Position numbers and translations under genes: made by a program. From contig CAWFQK010000002.1 in the NCBI GenBank assembly GCA_963817955.1, positions 192,001 to 256,000 on the forward strand: 64,000 bases of DNA. The letters run 5' to 3'. The notes beneath the pieces are model-generated. The model had not been told where the DNA came from. It searched no databases and worked only from the letters and a program-made list of their open reading frames with translations. The stretch is from an uncultured Gemmatimonadaceae bacterium (GTDB lineage Bacteria; Gemmatimonadota; Gemmatimonadetes; Gemmatimonadales; Gemmatimonadaceae). Below are positions 33,766 to 44,976 of the stretch, piece by piece. Position 1 is the first letter of the stretch. Every line of letters starts with the position of its first letter.

Positions 33766-35604
33766 TCATGCGCCCGCCTGGAGCGCGTCGCGCAGCGCGC
33801 CTGCCTGTAGACGATACAAGCGGTCGTAGAGGCCCCGTTTCGCGAGCAACTGCCTGTGCGTGCCGCGCTCGCGGACTTGGCCATGGTGCAGCACCAGGAT
33901 CTCGTCAGAATCGACGATGGTGCTCAATCGATGTGCAACCGCGATCGTCGTGCGTCCCTGCATCAACACGCCAAGCGCTCGCTGAATGTCCGCCTCGATC
34001 TCGCTGTCCACGGCGCTCGTTGCCTCATCGAGCACGAGCAACGCGGGATCGGCGGCGATGGCGCGCGCGAACGACAGCAATTGTCGCTCGCCAACGCTGA
34101 TCGATGCGCCACGCTCGCCCAGCTCCTGCGCGTATCCGTGCGGCAGACGCCGAATGACGCGATCGGCACCGACGCGCGCCGCCGCTATCGCCACGTCTTC
34201 TTCGGAAATCGGATTCGACAATCGGATGTTGGTCAGGACGTCGCCTGCGAATAGAAAGATGTCTTGCTGAACGTAGCCGATGAGCGCGCGCAGATCGGAG
34301 AGCGACAGATCGCGCACGTCGATGCCATCCACCAGGATGCGGCCGCGCTGTGGATCATAGAAACGGAGAAGCAGGTTGATGATCGTCGTCTTCCCTGCCC
34401 CCGTGTGACCGACGAGCGCGAGCGTCCGGCCAGGCTCGACTATAAAGCTCACGCCCTTCAATACCCACTCCGGCGACACGGACTGGCCTGGATCGCGGGC
34501 GACGTGGCCGAGATCGTACGCGAACCACACATCCTGGAACTCTACCGTCACGCCAGGCCGGTGGAGCGGTCGAACGGTTGAGTGGTCGAGTGAACCCACT
34601 CCTCCTCCTTCCGCAACCGTCGTGTCCAACAGTGTAAAGACACGTTCGCTCGCTGCCATCGCCTGCTGTAACGTGTTGAACTTGTCCGACAGATCCTGGA
34701 GCGGTTGAAAGAATCGGCGCACGAGTTGGAGGAACGCAGCGACCGTGCCCACGGTGAGCGACCCCGCTTGCACGCGGTGCGCGCCGGAGACGATGAGGCT
34801 CGCCAGGGCGATCGACGTCAACACCTCGATGGTCGGGAAATAGAGCGCGTAGTACGTGATCGCATCGAGATTCGCCTGGAGATGGCCGCGATTCAGCTCC
34901 TCGAATCGCTGCCCCTCGGTGGCTTCGCGTCCGAAGAGCTGGACCACGCGCATTCCCGAAATGCGCTCCTGCAGAAAGGAGTTGATGCGCGCAATGCGGG
35001 AGCGGATGTCGCGATACGAGTCGCGCACCTTCGCGCGGAAGACATGCGACGCCCAGCAGACAAACGGAATCACGGCGAACGACGCCAGGGCAAGACGCCA
35101 ATCGGTGGCGAGCATCATCGCGCTGATCGCCAGCAGGGTGAACAGGTCACCGAGTCCCGCCACGACGCCCGCGGTGAACAGCTCGTTCAGCGACTCGACA
35201 TCCGACGTCACGCGCGTCACCAGCCGCCCCACCGGATTGCGGTCGAAGAACACTACCGGCAATCGCTGCACATGCGTGAAGATGTCACGCCGCAGGTCGC
35301 GCATCACCCGCTGGCCGAGGAGACTCGTGAATATCGTCTCGCCATACTGACAGGCAAATGCAATGACGAGCGATGAGCCGAACAGCAGCGCCCACCGAAC
35401 GGCAAGGCCGGTATCGTGCGCTGGCAACGCAATGTCGATGACGCGCTGCGTCATCAGCGGCCCGACGAGCTGCAGCAATCCATCGAGCATCAAACAAGCG
35501 AGCGCCGCGGCCACCAGCCAGCCGTACGGCTTCACATATACGGACAGGCGGCGAACGAGACGGGAATCGTACGCTTTGCCGACGACATCTTCTTCGAGGT
35601 GCAC
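33766..35604 (-). CDS. ABC exporter, fused TMD-NBD (MdlB-like)
   Basis: FFDRNPVGRLVTRVTSDV, GHTGAGKTT, ISVGERQLL, LDEATS, AHRLST. Confidence 0.93.
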   Translation of the reverse strand: MHLEEDVVGKAYDSRLVRRLSVYVKPYGWLVAAALACLMLDGLLQLVGPLMTQRVIDIALPAHDTGLAVRWALLFGSSLVIAFACQYGETIFTSLLGQRVMRDLRRDIFTHVQRLPVVFFDRNPVGRLVTRVTSDVESLNELFTAGVVAGLGDLFTLLAISAMMLATDWRLALASFAVIPFVCWASHVFRAKVRDSYRDIRSRIARINSFLQERISGMRVVQLFGREATEGQRFEELNRGHLQANLDAITYYALYFPTIEVLTSIALASLIVSGAHRVQAGSLTVGTVAAFLQLVRRFFQPLQDLSDKFNTLQQAMAASERVFTLLDTTVAEGGGVGSLDHSTVRPLHRPGVTVEFQDVWFAYDLGHVARDPGQSVSPEWVLKGVSFIVEPGRTLALVGHTGAGKTTIINLLLRFYDPQRGRILVDGIDVRDLSLSDLRALIGYVQQDIFLFAGDVLTNIRLSNPISEEDVAIAAARVGADRVIRRLPHGYAQELGERGASISVGERQLLSFARAIAADPALLVLDEATSAVDSEIEADIQRALGVLMQGRTTIAVAHRLSTIVDSDEILVLHHGQVRERGTHRQLLAKRGLYDRLYRLQAGALRDALQAGA

Positions 35605-35740
35605 GCTGGGACTGGTAACTGGTTACTGGTCACTCGCTGTTCGTCGTTCCTTGGCCGGTGCCACTTCAAAACTAGTTCAGCTCACGATGAGCAGGATCGG
35701 CCGGACCATGAGTGGCGGATTCGGCGGTTTCTGCCGTGCT

Positions 35741-35755
35741 TGGTATGCGCGTTGC
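35741..35755 (+). promoter_or_regulatory. Putative sigma54 -24/-12 promoter
   Basis: TGGTATG-CGCG-TTGC with exact GG-N10-GC spacing, about 40 nt upstream of the GGAGG-led GlsB gene. Confidence 0.5.
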
Positions 35756-35797
35756 GTGGTGCGAGTCTGACCGACCCTTTATTTTCGGAGGCTTACT

Positions 35798-36064
35798 ATG
35801 GGTATCATCGCGTGGATCGTGCTCGGCCTCATCGCGGGCGCAATCGCCAAGGCGCTCATGCCGGGACGCGATCCGGGCGGGATCGTCGTCACGATTCTCA
35901 TCGGCATCGTCGGCGCCTTTCTCGGCGGGTTCCTCGGCAACCTCATCACAGGAACCGGACTGAATGGGTTCTCCCTCTGGAGCATCCTGCTCGCCATTGT
36001 CGGCGCGCTCATTCTGCTCTGGATCTATCGCGCGACGACGCGGACGCGCACGACGAATCTCTAA
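35798..36064 (+). CDS. GlsB/YeaQ/YmgE (transglycosylase-associated) stress membrane protein
   Basis: WIVLGLIAGAIAKALMPGRDPGG...GIVGAFLGG; GGAGG RBS. Confidence 0.9.
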   Translation: MGIIAWIVLGLIAGAIAKALMPGRDPGGIVVTILIGIVGAFLGGFLGNLITGTGLNGFSLWSILLAIVGALILLWIYRATTRTRTTNL

Positions 36065-36199
36065 GGAGATGTTTGAGTGACCCGCCGCGCGCGGCAGGCC
36101 GACCGTGGGCCTGCCGCGCGCGGTGCGTTTCAGCACCATCCTGCACATGATGCTGCCTTGGCTCTTCCATCGCCGGGCCGTCCAGGCGAACCTTTCCGT

Positions 36200-36463
36200 A
36201 TGCCACTCTGGCTCTATTGGATTCTGCTCGGGCTCGTTGCCGGCTCACTGGCCAAGTTCCTCATGCCGGGTCGCGACCCCACTGGATGCATTTTCACTGT
36301 GCTCCTGGGAATCGTCGGCGCAATGCTTGGCGGCCTGATCGGCGCGCAGCTCGGATGGGGAAAGGTGACACAGGGTGAGTTCGATTTCCGCTCGATCGGA
36401 ATCGCCACCTTTGGGGCGCTCATCCTGCTGACCGTCGGTCGTATAATGCGGCGCCGGCGCTGA
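36200..36463 (+). CDS. Second GlsB/YeaQ/YmgE family protein
   Basis: [23 protein letters not shown]...GIVGAMLGG. Confidence 0.88.
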   Translation: MPLWLYWILLGLVAGSLAKFLMPGRDPTGCIFTVLLGIVGAMLGGLIGAQLGWGKVTQGEFDFRSIGIATFGALILLTVGRIMRRRR

Positions 36464-36534
36464 GCGGGAGATCGGCGACCACAGAATGCGCTTCGCCATC
36501 TGTTCGGTCCCGAACTCCGGCTAAATTTCGTTGG

Positions 36535-39420
36535 ATGAAGGACTTCATCATCGTCCGCGGGGCTCGGCAGAATAATCTGAAGGGGTTCGATGTCCAGATC
36601 CCCCGCCGCGCACTCACGGTGGTCACCGGACCGTCCGGCTCCGGAAAGTCCTCGCTCGCCTTCGACACCATCTATGCCGAAGGGCAGCGGCGATACGTCG
36701 AATCGCTATCCGCCTATGCGCGGCAGTTCCTCGAGCGCATGGAGAAGCCCGCCGTCGACTCGATCGAGGGGCTGTCTCCCGCCGTGGCGATCGAGCAGAA
36801 GAACTACACCAAGACCTCACGGTCTACCGTCGGCACGTCCACCGAGATCTACGACTACTTCCGCCTGCTCTGGGCACGCATTGGGCGAACGTTCTGCCCG
36901 CTCTGCGGCCGGGAGATGAAGCCCGACACAGTGCAGTCGGTGTCTGACATCATTCTCGGATTGTCGGAGGGCACGAAGTTCTTCGTCACATTCCCGTTGC
37001 ACCTGTCGCAAGAGGTGACGCACGATGTGGTGGTCGAAAACCTGCGCGCTCAAGGATTCGTGCGCGTCAGCGTCGACGGCGTCATCAAGCACCTCGACGA
37101 CCTGCTCAACGAAGCGATCGACGTCACGTTTGCCAACGAACTGCTCGTTGTCGTGGATCGGCTGGCGGTTGGCGACGAAGCGCGCTCGCGCATGGCCGAC
37201 GCCGTGGGCACCGCCTTCCGCGAGGGAGACGGTGATTGCGTCATCGTGTTCACCGCGCCGATCGTGGTCGCGCCGATTGCCAACCGCCCGTCTTCCGTCG
37301 CGCGTTTCACCGAGCGGTATGAATGCGCCACCGACGGCACGCGGGCGCCATCGCCCTCGCCGCAGCTCTTCTCGTTCAACAGTCCCCGCGGCGCTTGCAA
37401 GCGTTGTAACGGCTTTGGGGCGACACTCGAGTACGACGAGGCGCTCGTCGTTCCCTACCCCACGCGGTCGTTGCGCGACGGCGCGATCGCGCCGTGGACC
37501 ATGCCACGCTACGAAAACAAACGCCGAGCCCTCGCCGAATTCGCGAGAAAGGAAGGCGTCTCCATGGATGCGCCATGGGAAACGCTGCCCGTCGCGGCGC
37601 GCGACAAGCTGCTCCGTGGAAAAGCAAAGGGGTTCAAGGGCATCCTGCCGTTCCTCGTGGACCTCGAGGACAAGAAATACAAACAGTACATCCGCGTGTT
37701 CCTGCGGCAGTATCAAACGGCACAGGAGTGCCCCGACTGCAAAGGCACCAAGCTGCAGCCGGAGGCATTACAGGTGCGCGTCGCGGACCGCACCATCGCC
37801 CAAGTCAGCGAGCTGCCCGTGGATCGGTTGCTCGCCTGGTTGGAGACGGTGACCCTCACGTCGTTCGAGCAGCAGGTGGCATCACACATTCTCCACGAAG
37901 CACGCGACCGCGTGCAGTTTCTCTGCGACGTGGGCCTCAACTATCTCACCATGCAACGCGCCACCCGTACGCTGTCGGGAGGCGAAGCGCAGCGCATCGG
38001 CTTGGCGAACTCGCTCGGTTCGCGGCTCGTCGACACGCTGTACGTGCTCGACGAACCGTCTATCGGCCTGCACTCGCGCGACATGGCACGCCTGCTCAGC
38101 CTCCTTCACCGTCTGCGCGACGCAGGCAACACGGTGCTCGTCGTCGAGCACGACGCCGACGCCATTCGCGCCGCCGACTACATGGTGGAGTTGGGACCGG
38201 CGAGCGGCGAGCAGGGCGGATACCTGGTGTTTGACGGTCCGACCTCCCGCATCGCCGAGAGCCCCCTCACCGGCGCGTATCTGACGGGCGAAAAGGAGAT
38301 CCCCATTCCGGCGGCACGGCGGCGGCTCGGACCTCGGTGGATCACGCTCACCGGCGCACGCGAGCACAACCTCAAGGGCGTGGACATCAAGATTCCGCTC
38401 GGCGCCGTCACGGTCGTGACCGGTGTGTCAGGCTCTGGCAAGAGTACTCTCATACACGACGTCCTGGCTCGCGCTGTCGAGACGCGCCTGCACGGCGAGC
38501 ACAGTGCCAAGCAGTACCTCGGCGAACGGGTGGGCGCGTACGACACGCTCACCGGTATCGAGGCGATCGACGACATCGTCATGATCGACCAGAGTCCGAT
38601 CGGCAAATCGCCGCGGTCCAACCCGGTGACGTACGTCAAAGCGTTCGACGAGATTCGCCGGATCTTCGCCGACGCGCCATTGTCCCGCGAGCGCCGATAT
38701 ACCGCCGGCACGTTCAGCTTCAACGTTGCCGGAGGACGCTGCGAGACGTGCGAAGGCGCGGGATACCTTCAGGTCGAGATGGTGTTCATGGCCGACGTGT
38801 TCGTGCCCTGCGACGACTGCGGCGGCAAACGCTTCAAGCCCGCCGTGCTCGACGTGCGCGTTCACGGCAGAAACGTGCATGAGGTACTCGAGCTCACCAT
38901 TGACGAGGCGATTCGCTTCTTTCCGCGCGAGGAGAAACTCGGTCAGGCGTTGTGGCAGCTCCAGCAAGTCGGGCTCGGCTACCTCAGGCTTGGCCAGCCG
39001 GCCACGACGCTCTCGGGGGGCGAGGCGCAACGCCTCAAGGTGGCGCGGGAACTGGCCCTCACGAGCAAGAAGACAGGCAAGAAACTCTACATCATGGATG
39101 AGCCGACTACGGGTCTCCATCTCGACGACATTCGCAAACTCGCGCACGTGTTCGATCGACTGGTAGACGCCGGACATACGCTCGTGCTGATCGAGCACAA
39201 CATGGACGTCATCAAGCTCGCCGATTGGGTGATCGACCTTGGTCCGGACGCGGGTGATCGCGGAGGCGAAGTCGTTGCAGCCGGACGGCCCGAAGAAGTC
39301 GCCCGCGTGACCGGTTCGCACACCGGACAGTGGCTGCGAACCGTGCTCCCGGGGTTCGAGGAATTCGATGCTCACCATCCGCGCCGAGCCTCCGCGCGGC
39401 GAGTGCCACAAGCGGTTTAA
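36535..39420 (+). CDS. uvrA: Excinuclease ABC subunit A
   Basis: [23 protein letters not shown], Zn fingers, two LSGGEAQR motifs, second Walker A GVSGSGKS. Confidence 0.96.
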   Translation: MKDFIIVRGARQNNLKGFDVQIPRRALTVVTGPSGSGKSSLAFDTIYAEGQRRYVESLSAYARQFLERMEKPAVDSIEGLSPAVAIEQKNYTKTSRSTVGTSTEIYDYFRLLWARIGRTFCPLCGREMKPDTVQSVSDIILGLSEGTKFFVTFPLHLSQEVTHDVVVENLRAQGFVRVSVDGVIKHLDDLLNEAIDVTFANELLVVVDRLAVGDEARSRMADAVGTAFREGDGDCVIVFTAPIVVAPIANRPSSVARFTERYECATDGTRAPSPSPQLFSFNSPRGACKRCNGFGATLEYDEALVVPYPTRSLRDGAIAPWTMPRYENKRRALAEFARKEGVSMDAPWETLPVAARDKLLRGKAKGFKGILPFLVDLEDKKYKQYIRVFLRQYQTAQECPDCKGTKLQPEALQVRVADRTIAQVSELPVDRLLAWLETVTLTSFEQQVASHILHEARDRVQFLCDVGLNYLTMQRATRTLSGGEAQRIGLANSLGSRLVDTLYVLDEPSIGLHSRDMARLLSLLHRLRDAGNTVLVVEHDADAIRAADYMVELGPASGEQGGYLVFDGPTSRIAESPLTGAYLTGEKEIPIPAARRRLGPRWITLTGAREHNLKGVDIKIPLGAVTVVTGVSGSGKSTLIHDVLARAVETRLHGEHSAKQYLGERVGAYDTLTGIEAIDDIVMIDQSPIGKSPRSNPVTYVKAFDEIRRIFADAPLSRERRYTAGTFSFNVAGGRCETCEGAGYLQVEMVFMADVFVPCDDCGGKRFKPAVLDVRVHGRNVHEVLELTIDEAIRFFPREEKLGQALWQLQQVGLGYLRLGQPATTLSGGEAQRLKVARELALTSKKTGKKLYIMDEPTTGLHLDDIRKLAHVFDRLVDAGHTLVLIEHNMDVIKLADWVIDLGPDAGDRGGEVVAAGRPEEVARVTGSHTGQWLRTVLPGFEEFDAHHPRRASARRVPQAV

Positions 39421-39460
39421 GTCGCTGGTGGGGCTGAGGTTGTGCGACTCTGCGTCCCCG

Positions 39461-39488
39461 TTGACTTCGACGCCTCCTTCGCTACCTT
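39461..39488 (+). promoter_or_regulatory. Sigma70-type promoter of tRNA-Asn
   Basis: TTGACT-16 nt-TACCTT, 10 nt upstream of the tRNA. Confidence 0.6.
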
Positions 39489-39498
39489 ATCAGTCTGA

Positions 39499-39571
39499 TC
39501 CCAGGTAGCTCAGTCGGTAGAGCAGCGCACTGTTAATGCGCGGGTCGGGGGTTCGAGTCCCTCCCTGGGAG
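39499..39571 (+). tRNA. tRNA-Asn (GTT), CCA not encoded
   Basis: TCCCAGG/CCTGGGA acceptor stem, TAGCTCAGTCGGTAGAGC D arm, CTGTTAA anticodon loop, GTTCGAGTC T loop. Confidence 0.97.
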
Positions 39572-39585
39572 CTTGAGGAAACACG

Positions 39586-39619
39586 AAACGCCATCGCCAC
39601 GCGCGGTGGCGTTTTTTTT
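39586..39619 (+). terminator. Rho-independent terminator after the tRNA
   Basis: AAACGCCATCGC...GCGGTGGCG followed by a T8 run. Confidence 0.85.
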
Positions 39620-39694
39620 ACCGCGATGTTGGCACGTTCACTGCCCAGTAATGACATTCCCTCTTCATCCAGTGAACTCGCTCCACGGATTCAA

Positions 39695-40795
39695 ATGATG
39701 TGCTGTCGTTCTTCGATGATGTTGTTCGCCGCCGCCGGGCTCGCCGCCTGTAGCGCTCAAGCAAGCACGAAAGGCTCCGCGGCCGGCGACTCGTCGCGTA
39801 CCGCAAGCGGCACCGTCGGCAAGGCGGCATCACTAGCGACGTCCCGCTCCGCCGCCATACCGGCCACGATCACCGCGGGCGATACCGCCCATCCGCGGCT
39901 CAACCCCGGCCGCAACGCGCACGACAGCGTGTCGTACCTTTCGGCCATTCGATCCGGGGGACGGATGCTGGCGAAATGGCCCGCTGCGCCCACGCCACTC
40001 CCTGGCTCGCTCCTGCCGGCCAAACGCATCGTCGCGTTTTACGGGAATCCGCTCTCGAAGAAGATGGGCGTGCTCGGCGAATACCCAGTCGATCAGATGC
40101 TGGCCAAGCTCGACGAAACCACCGCTCTATGGCGGAAAGCTGATCCGTCGACGCCGGTGCAGCCGGCGTTGCACCTGATTGCGGTCGTCGCCCAGGGGGC
40201 TCCGGGACGCGACGGCATGTATCGGTTACGCATGGACACGGCGTTGATCGAGAAAGTCTACGGTTGGGCGCAGCAGAAGAACGCGCTGCTCTTCCTCGAC
40301 GTACAGGTGGGCCACAGCACCATGCAGCAGGAGTTGCCACGCCTCATGCCATTCCTCGCGCGGCCGAACGTACACCTGGCGATGGATGCCGAGTTCTCCA
40401 TGCATTACGATCGCGAAGGAATGCCCCCCGGAAAAAAGGTGGGACAGTTCGACGCAGCGGATGTGAATTGGGTGTCGCAGCAGCTCCAGCAGCTCGTGAG
40501 TGCAAAGCATCTGCCGCCAAAGGTTCTGGTCGTGCACCGTTGGACACGGAAGATGATCTCCAACGCGTCGCGGATCACGCTCGATCCGCGCGTACAGATC
40601 GTGATGGACATGGACGGATGGGGTCCGCCCTGGCTCAAGTTTGACTCATATCGGGACTACGAAGTCGCCGAGCCGGTGGAATTCACCGGGTTCAAGCTGT
40701 TCTTCCACAACGACGTGAAGAAAGGCGACGCGTTGCTCACACCAACCGAGGTGTTGCGTCTGCTGCCGAGGCCGATGTACATCCAGTATCAGTAA
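39695..40795 (+). CDS. Conserved hypothetical lipoprotein; start uncertain
   Basis: GLAAC lipobox; globular C-terminal domain (RIVAFYGNP, LFLDVQVG, LPPKVLVVH, MDGWG, TGFKLFF). Confidence 0.7.
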   Translation: MMCCRSSMMLFAAAGLAACSAQASTKGSAAGDSSRTASGTVGKAASLATSRSAAIPATITAGDTAHPRLNPGRNAHDSVSYLSAIRSGGRMLAKWPAAPTPLPGSLLPAKRIVAFYGNPLSKKMGVLGEYPVDQMLAKLDETTALWRKADPSTPVQPALHLIAVVAQGAPGRDGMYRLRMDTALIEKVYGWAQQKNALLFLDVQVGHSTMQQELPRLMPFLARPNVHLAMDAEFSMHYDREGMPPGKKVGQFDAADVNWVSQQLQQLVSAKHLPPKVLVVHRWTRKMISNASRITLDPRVQIVMDMDGWGPPWLKFDSYRDYEVAEPVEFTGFKLFFHNDVKKGDALLTPTEVLRLLPRPMYIQYQ

Positions 40796-41466
40796 GTCGC
40801 GCTGACGACTATCCGGATCAGGCGATCGAGTTTCGGAAATTCGCGGTCGACGTACAGATTGCCGCCGCTGACGAGCGGCCCCTGCTTGCCCGCGCGCACG
40901 CCGCCACCCGACGTCTCGCCGTAGCCCGAGTACAGCCGATCGACCACATCCATGCCGTCGATCACGCGGCCGATCGGCGCGAAACCCTGTGCGTCGAGAC
41001 GCGTATTGTCCACGACGCTGATGAACAGCTGCGTCGTCCGGGCATTCGGTCCGGTCATCGCGAACGCAATCGTGCCGCGCACATTGCGCTCCCGCACCGT
41101 GTCATCCGGGAACGCGCGATCGTACCATCGCTTGGCGACAACTGGGTCGCCGGCAATGCCGAACTGCGCAATGAAGCCCGGCACCACGCGCGTGAAGCGC
41201 GAGTCGTCGAAGTATCCAGCGCGCGACAGATTGTAGAAGCGGTCAGCACCCAGCGGCGCCCACGCGCGCTCGATACGAAGGACAAAGGTGCCCTGAGTGG
41301 TTTCGACGCGCGCGGTGAACGCGTCGGGCGCTTGAGCACGCCAGAACGAAGCGGCTGGATCGAGCAGCACCGCATGGCGCTCGTCGGAGCCGAGCGATCC
41401 CAGACCGCCATGAAAACAGGCGGTCGCGCCAAGCAAGAGTGCGAGAACGAAAGAGATGCGTCGCAT
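40789..41466 (-). CDS. Cyclophilin-type peptidyl-prolyl isomerase, probable lipoprotein
   Basis: [54 protein letters not shown]. Confidence 0.9.
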   Translation of the reverse strand: MRRISFVLALLLGATACFHGGLGSLGSDERHAVLLDPAASFWRAQAPDAFTARVETTQGTFVLRIERAWAPLGADRFYNLSRAGYFDDSRFTRVVPGFIAQFGIAGDPVVAKRWYDRAFPDDTVRERNVRGTIAFAMTGPNARTTQLFISVVDNTRLDAQGFAPIGRVIDGMDVVDRLYSGYGETSGGGVRAGKQGPLVSGGNLYVDREFPKLDRLIRIVVSATY

Positions 41467-41611
41467 GGTGACGAAAGGTGTGAGCGCGCCGCAACGGCCG
41501 CTACCCGTCCGGCGCCCCGCTGGTTCGCATGGAGCGAAGGCTCGACCACACGCGGTGACGCGGATCGTAGCGGTGCACGTATATTCCAGCGCACCATCAC
41601 CCTCTCTCGAC

Positions 41612-42136
41612 ATGGCGAACGACACGTCAGCGGCGAACGGCCAAACCCCATGGGTGAGCGTCATCATGGGGAGCAGATCTGACCTCAAGTACATGCAGGC
41701 GGCGATCGATACGCTTGCCGAGCTTGGGGTGCCGCACGAAGCAAAGATCGTGTCGGCGCATCGCACGCCCGACCGGATGTTCGAGTTCGCCTCGACGGCG
41801 GAAGTGCGCGGCATCGAAGTGATCATTGCGGCGGCAGGTGGCGCGGCGCACCTGCCCGGCATGGTCGCCGCCAAAACCACGGTGCCCGTACTCGGCGTCC
41901 CGGTGCCGGCGACGACGCTCAACGGACTCGACTCGCTCCTCTCGATCGTTCAGATGCCGAAGGGCGTTCCGGTGGGAACGCTGGCGATCGGCGAGCCGGG
42001 TGCGGTCAACGCCGCGCTCCTCGCCACGTCCATCGTGTCCATCACACGCCCCGATGTTCGCGAGCGCCTTCGTGCCTGGCGTCAGCAACGGACAGACGAC
42101 GTCCTCGCCAACTGCGATCTCTCGCCGCGGAGTTGA
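41612..42136 (+). CDS. purE: N5-CAIR mutase
   Basis: [36 protein letters not shown]. Confidence 0.96.
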   Translation: MANDTSAANGQTPWVSVIMGSRSDLKYMQAAIDTLAELGVPHEAKIVSAHRTPDRMFEFASTAEVRGIEVIIAAAGGAAHLPGMVAAKTTVPVLGVPVPATTLNGLDSLLSIVQMPKGVPVGTLAIGEPGAVNAALLATSIVSITRPDVRERLRAWRQQRTDDVLANCDLSPRS

Positions 42137-43272
42137 TGCCGAGCATTGGACCGGGATCGACGATCGGCATACTGGGCGGTGGTCAGCTAGGACGCATGAC
42201 GGCGATGGCCGCGCGCACGCTCGGCTATCACGTGCACGTGCTCGACCCCGATGCCGAGTGCGCGGCCAGCGCCGTCGTCGATCGCGTGGTTGCCGCGAAG
42301 TTTGATGACGCCGATGCAGCTGCGGATCTCGCGCGCCATTGCGACGTCGTCACACTGGAAATAGAGCAGATCGGCGTCAATGCACTGCACGCAGCGTTGC
42401 GTCACGCTCCAGTGCGGCCCGGTCCGGCGATCATCGCTGCCGTACAGGATCGGGCGGAGCAGAGGCGCTGGTTGTCGAGCAACGGCTTCCCAGTGGGTCC
42501 ATATCGCGAGGTACACGACGCCGACGAGATCGCAGCGGCCGCGCACGAGCTCGGGCCGCTGTTCGTGAAGGCCTGCCGTGGCGGCTACGATGGCCGCAGC
42601 CAGGTGCGTGTACACGCAGCGAGCGAGGCAGCCGATGCCTGGCGCGGCGTCGGACGGCACTCCATTGCTGAACAGGCGCTCGAGCTCATGGCAGAGTTGT
42701 CGGTGATGGTCGCGCGGCGGCCGAGCGGCGAGATTCGCGTCTACCCGCCGGCACTCAACTTCCACGAGCGACAGATTCTCGCCTGGTCGGTGATCCCCGC
42801 ACCGCTACCGGACGAGGTGACGCGTCGGGCCGAAGCCATCGCGCGAGGCATCGCCGAAGCGTTCCAGCTCGAGGGCCTACTGGCCGTGGAGCTCTTTCTC
42901 CTCCGCGACGGCACGCTGCTCGTCAACGAGCTCGCGCCGCGTCCGCACAATTCGTTTCACCAGACGGAAGTGGCGTGCGCCACGAGCCAGTTCGAACAGA
43001 TCGTTCGCGCGGTGTGCGACCTCCCGCTGGGCGATCCGCGTGTGCTTCGCCCGGGCGCAATTTACAATCTGTTCGGCGAACTGTGGGAGCGCGGTACGCC
43101 GGCGTTCGAGGCGGCATTGGCCCAGCCGGGCGTGCGCGTCCATCTCTACGGCAAGCACGGCGCGCGTGCCGGCCGGAAGATGGGGCACCTCTCCGCGACC
43201 GGAGACACACCTGAGGACGCCCTACGCCGCGTCCGGCAAGCCGCGGTTTCGATCGGCGCGGCGGCAACGTAA
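42136..43272 (+). CDS. purK: N5-CAIR synthetase
   Basis: ILGGGQLGRM, GGYDGRSQ, NELAPRPHNS, HLYGK...GRKMGH. Confidence 0.95.
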   Translation: MPSIGPGSTIGILGGGQLGRMTAMAARTLGYHVHVLDPDAECAASAVVDRVVAAKFDDADAAADLARHCDVVTLEIEQIGVNALHAALRHAPVRPGPAIIAAVQDRAEQRRWLSSNGFPVGPYREVHDADEIAAAAHELGPLFVKACRGGYDGRSQVRVHAASEAADAWRGVGRHSIAEQALELMAELSVMVARRPSGEIRVYPPALNFHERQILAWSVIPAPLPDEVTRRAEAIARGIAEAFQLEGLLAVELFLLRDGTLLVNELAPRPHNSFHQTEVACATSQFEQIVRAVCDLPLGDPRVLRPGAIYNLFGELWERGTPAFEAALAQPGVRVHLYGKHGARAGRKMGHLSATGDTPEDALRRVRQAAVSIGAAAT

Positions 43273-43302
43273 GATTCTCCTTTCGCTCGGGGATTCTACA
43301 TC

Positions 43303-43863
43303 ATGCGTACGAAACGCGCCTTGCTCGCAATCGCCGTCGTAATTGCCGCGTGCTCCCCGGCCACGAAGCCGCTTCCTAACCGGGCCCCAGCCCCCGTGAA
43401 TGCCGCTGCGGGGCTTGCCCCAGCCGCCACTGCAACGCTGCACGACCTCGTGGGGCTGCGCGTTGGCACCGTGACATTTCTCGAAAGCCATGCGGGGATC
43501 ATCGTCTATGGCGATGTGAGCGGGCTCGGCCTTGGCGCACATGCCGTTCACATTCACGAAGTCGGAAAGTGTGAACCGCCATTCACGACCGCAGGCGGCC
43601 ACTTCAATCCAACGGGCCGCCATCACGGCTACCGTAATCCGGAAGGCCCGCATCTTGGCGATCTTCCGAACATCGACACACCCGCCGCGGGACGCCGCCA
43701 TTTCGAGTTTCTGCTGCCTGGCGTAACGCTCAAGGGCGAGAACGCGTTGCTCGACAAAGACGGCGCCTCGATCGTGTTTCACTCGACGCGCGACGACTAT
43801 CTCACCGATCCGGCGGGCAATTCCGGGTCGCGGATCGCCTGCGGCGTCATCATCGCCAAGTAG
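43303..43863 (+). CDS. sodC: Cu/Zn superoxide dismutase, lipoprotein
   Basis: HAVHIHE, AGGHFNP, PHLGDLPN, IVFH, GNSGSRIACG; VIAAC lipobox. Confidence 0.93.
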   Translation: MRTKRALLAIAVVIAACSPATKPLPNRAPAPVNAAAGLAPAATATLHDLVGLRVGTVTFLESHAGIIVYGDVSGLGLGAHAVHIHEVGKCEPPFTTAGGHFNPTGRHHGYRNPEGPHLGDLPNIDTPAAGRRHFEFLLPGVTLKGENALLDKDGASIVFHSTRDDYLTDPAGNSGSRIACGVIIAK

Positions 43864-43869
43864 CCGCCA

Positions 43870-44976
43870 ATGCAGATCGCCGACTTCGCGCTCGAGCGGT
43901 ACTTCGCACGGTGGGAGTTCGCGGTCCGGCACGTCTTGTGTGCGTCGGACATCGAGCCGCTCGCCCAGGCTGAGTTGCTGGCGATGGCGGACGACGACGC
44001 GCGGCACCGGTGGGAGTCGCTGCGACTCGGCTACACGGAGTCGCTCGGACTGCCCGCGCTCCGTGACGAGATCGCTGAGCTCTATCCAGGTCTGGAACGG
44101 CAAGACGTGATCACCTTTTCCGGCGCGGAAGAGGGCGTATTCCTTGGGATGCACGCCATGCTCGGTCCAGGCGACCACGCCGTGGTCGTTTGGCCTTCGT
44201 ATCAATCGTTGTACGAGGTGGCACGCTCGATCGGCGCCGAGGTGACCTTCGTGCCGTTGCGGCCGGGGGACTGGTCGTTCAATGTCGACGCGGTGGCGGC
44301 GGCGATGCGGCCGAGCACTCGCGTCATCGTCATCAACTTTCCGCACAGTCCCACCGGCGCACAGATCGACGCCGTTCAAATGGCGCGCCTGTTGGACATC
44401 GCGGAGCTGCACGGCGTGCACGTCCTCTCCGACGAGGTCTATCGCTTCCTCGAACACGACGGCAAAGCGCTTGCGCCGGCCGCGTCGAGCTCGTGGCGCG
44501 GCATAAGCCTCGGTGTGATGTCAAAAGCCTTTGGCCTCGCCGGGCTCCGCATCGGGTGGATCGCGACAAGAGACGCCGAGGTCCGTTCGAAGCTCGCCGC
44601 GTTCAAAGATTACACGACCATCTGCAATGCCGCGCCGAGCGAGATTCTCGCGCTCATCGCGCTGCGCGCGCGCCACCAGTTGATCGCGCGGGCACAGACC
44701 ATTCTCTCAGCCAATCTCCGGGAGCTCGACGCATTCTTTACGCGCAACGAGGAGCGGTTTTCCTGGGTGCGTCCCATCGCGGGCAGCGTCTGTTTTCCCA
44801 CCCTCCGAGCGGGAGACGTCAATGCGTTCGCCGAGTCGCTCGTCGAGCGCGAGGGCGTACTGATCCTGCCGGGCTCGCAGTTCGGATACCCTGGGAACCA
44901 CTTCCGTGTCGGCTACGGCCGTCGCGATATGACGGAAGGGCTCGCCAGACTGGAAGCGTTCGCCGGAGGTGCTTGA
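43870..44976 (+). CDS. Class I/II PLP-dependent aminotransferase
   Basis: INFPHSPTG, LSDEVY, MSKAFGLAGLRIGW. Confidence 0.9.
   Translation: MQIADFALERYFARWEFAVRHVLCASDIEPLAQAELLAMADDDARHRWESLRLGYTESLGLPALRDEIAELYPGLERQDVITFSGAEEGVFLGMHAMLGPGDHAVVVWPSYQSLYEVARSIGAEVTFVPLRPGDWSFNVDAVAAAMRPSTRVIVINFPHSPTGAQIDAVQMARLLDIAELHGVHVLSDEVYRFLEHDGKALAPAASSSWRGISLGVMSKAFGLAGLRIGWIATRDAEVRSKLAAFKDYTTICNAAPSEILALIALRARHQLIARAQTILSANLRELDAFFTRNEERFSWVRPIAGSVCFPTLRAGDVNAFAESLVEREGVLILPGSQFGYPGNHFRVGYGRRDMTEGLARLEAFAGGA

Noticed and set aside
39499..39620. tRNA-Asn as an integration site for an island
   Set aside because: No integrase, no duplicated tRNA 3' end in the window, and the flanking genes are ordinary.
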